A DNA stretch of 63,488 nt, the filler included, from Octopus bimaculoides (taxonomy: Eukaryota), in the NCBI RefSeq assembly GCF_001194135.2. It is 4 parts of 2 records of this genome, joined end to end, with 100 filler letters (N's around TTAATTAATTAA, not from the genome) between each part and the next. Parts side by side here need not be neighbours in the genome. Positions count along the whole stretch, not along the records: positions 55,183 to 63,488 come from NC_068987.1; 3 more parts are not named here. One strand, given 5' to 3'. The notes below the pieces were generated by a model. The model had not been told where the DNA came from, did not search any database, and saw nothing but the letters and a program-made list of their open reading frames with translations. Position numbers and translations under genes: made by a program. This document shows positions 61,681-63,488 of this stretch, one piece after another; position 1 is the first letter of the stretch, and each line of letters opens with the position of its first letter.

Positions 61681-62264
61681 TATGTATGTATGTATGTATG
61701 TATGTATGTATGTATGTATGCATGCATGCATGTATGTATGTATGTATGCATGTATNNNNNNNNNNNNNNNNNNNNNNNNNNNNNNNNNNNNNNNNNNNNN
61801 NNNNNNNNNNNNNNNNNNNNNNNNNNNNNNNNNNNNNNNNNNNNNNNNNNNNNNNNNNNNNNNNNNNNNNNNNNNNNNNNNNNNNNNNNNNNNNNNNNNN
61901 NNNNNNNNNNNNNNNNNNNNNNNNNNNNNNNNNNNNNNNNNNNNNNNNNNNACTCATCAACTTGCAGACATTGCAGGCTGGAGAGTAAATCAGCCGAAAC
62001 TTTGTGTTAACAACAAACAAGATGTGGACACATATCCGTCCAATGTAAATAATGTAAATAATATAAATAATGTACAGAATTTCTCATCTCTAAAATATAG
62101 AACAATATATATATATATATATATGAAAATATATATTTTCTTCTATTTTATCTTTGCCATATAATCGTTCTGAAGATATTTATCAATTGTAACGAGGTAA
62201 ATGAAAATTTACCCCTATTTTGATAAATAGAAACACACGACTTTTAACACAGTTGCCGCCTAGT

Positions 62265-62725
62265 AAATTCACTCACAAGGCGCTGCTCGGCGACCCGGAG
62301 CTACAGTAAAAGACACTTGCCAAAGGTGCGGCGCAGAGGGATTGAACCAAAAATACGTAGTTAGAAAACGAGTTTCTTAATGTCACAGTTATACCTTCAA
62401 ATCTATGCGTTTGAGACATCAGTGTTACGTAGTCTGATCTCCTACAAACATATTTAAACTTTGTATTTGAAAGAGAATTGTGAGGAAACAAATTCGGAAG
62501 GGGTAGAGGCAATAATCCAAAATTGCTCCGCCCTTCTACCACTTTACAACCGGTGTTAGTTTGTTTACGTCTCCGTAACTTAGCAGTTCTGTACAAGACA
62601 CCGACAGAATAATTATCTGGCTGGAAAAAGAAAGAGGTAATTACTGGGATCGACTCGTTTGACTAACGTCCTTCAAGGCGGTGCTCCAGTATGGCCGTAG
62701 ACCAAAAACCGAAACAAGTGTAAAA
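62265..62725. mobile_element. SINE family A fragments: head on minus (62265-62395), 3' half on plus (62531-62725)
   Basis: Homology to the other family A copies. Confidence 0.7.
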
Positions 62726-63438
62726 AAAAAAAAAAAAAAAAATCATAATCTGCATCCTCGTCCTAAAAAAATATATCTCTGCAAAATTACTTACATATTG
62801 TGTATTTTTCAGAAAGTTATGAGGAAACAAAGACGGCGAGGTGGGCACTAGGCTGCAGTTATGACCAACAAGTCAAGGAAGAAGAAACGAGATGTTATTT
62901 TTTATGACATAGTCTGCTGTCTTCTCAATCAGTTTCAACATTCTCGCTCTCTCTGCTCACATTACAAACGAAGCAAAAATGTCGGAATTATTAGCGTGAG
63001 AGCACGTGATCTTTCGAAAGCGTGTGTGTGTATATATTCATATAAGTACGTACGTACGTATGTATGTATGTATGTATGTATGTATATATGTATGCATGCA
63101 TGCATGTATTTATGTGTGCATGTGTGCGTGCATGCGCGCGCGTGTATGTGTGAGTGTGTGTGTGATCAAATTTCCCCGTCGCCAATTTATAGCTGTTGAT
63201 AATACTTGCGTTTTGCTTATGTCTTACAACACTGGAGAATTAATTCAATACGGTAATCTAGCCATATATATATATAATGTACACACGCACGCACACACAC
63301 ACACACACATACACACGTATAGTCGTAATGACCCCGCCAAGATACATCAAAATCTATTTCAAAACACGATTTCACATCAAGAATCTTCGAATTCAAATAC
63401 AAAAACGATGTATATACATATCCATACACACATAATAT

Positions 63439-63488
<50 letters not shown>

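Noticed and set aside
1-63488. Long ORFs rich in YI, CV, HT, poly-I/V/S/H or X
   Set aside because: Translations of microsatellites and N gaps, not genes.

Overview
AT-rich animal genomic DNA from a gap-rich draft scaffold, dense in microsatellites and transposable elements. The repeat repertoire looks like an octopus or other cephalopod genome (inference from pattern recognition, no database search). There is no complete protein-coding gene, and most ORFs in the supplied track are microsatellite or N-gap artefacts. Best-supported content: (1) a minus-strand tRNA cluster at 35.5-38.6 kb with an intron-containing elongator tRNA-Met(CAT), two intronless tRNA-Arg(TCT) genes in a ~600 bp duplication, and a 5'-half tRNA-Met relic; (2) five 5'-truncated R4/Dong-like RT-CCHC-RLE non-LTR retrotransposon pieces stacked in (TAA)n tracts at 21.2-26.3 kb; (3) a Helitron PIF1-type helicase relic joined in frame to an RTE-type endonuclease relic; (4) mariner and rosa-like transposon relics plus hAT and piggyBac-like MITEs with target-site duplications; (5) at least four tRNA-derived SINE families; (6) two Penelope-type minimal hammerhead ribozyme candidates and several long foldback elements; (7) a few plus-strand exon candidates that may belong to one large-intron gene of unknown identity. 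Coordinates of degenerate repeats are approximate.
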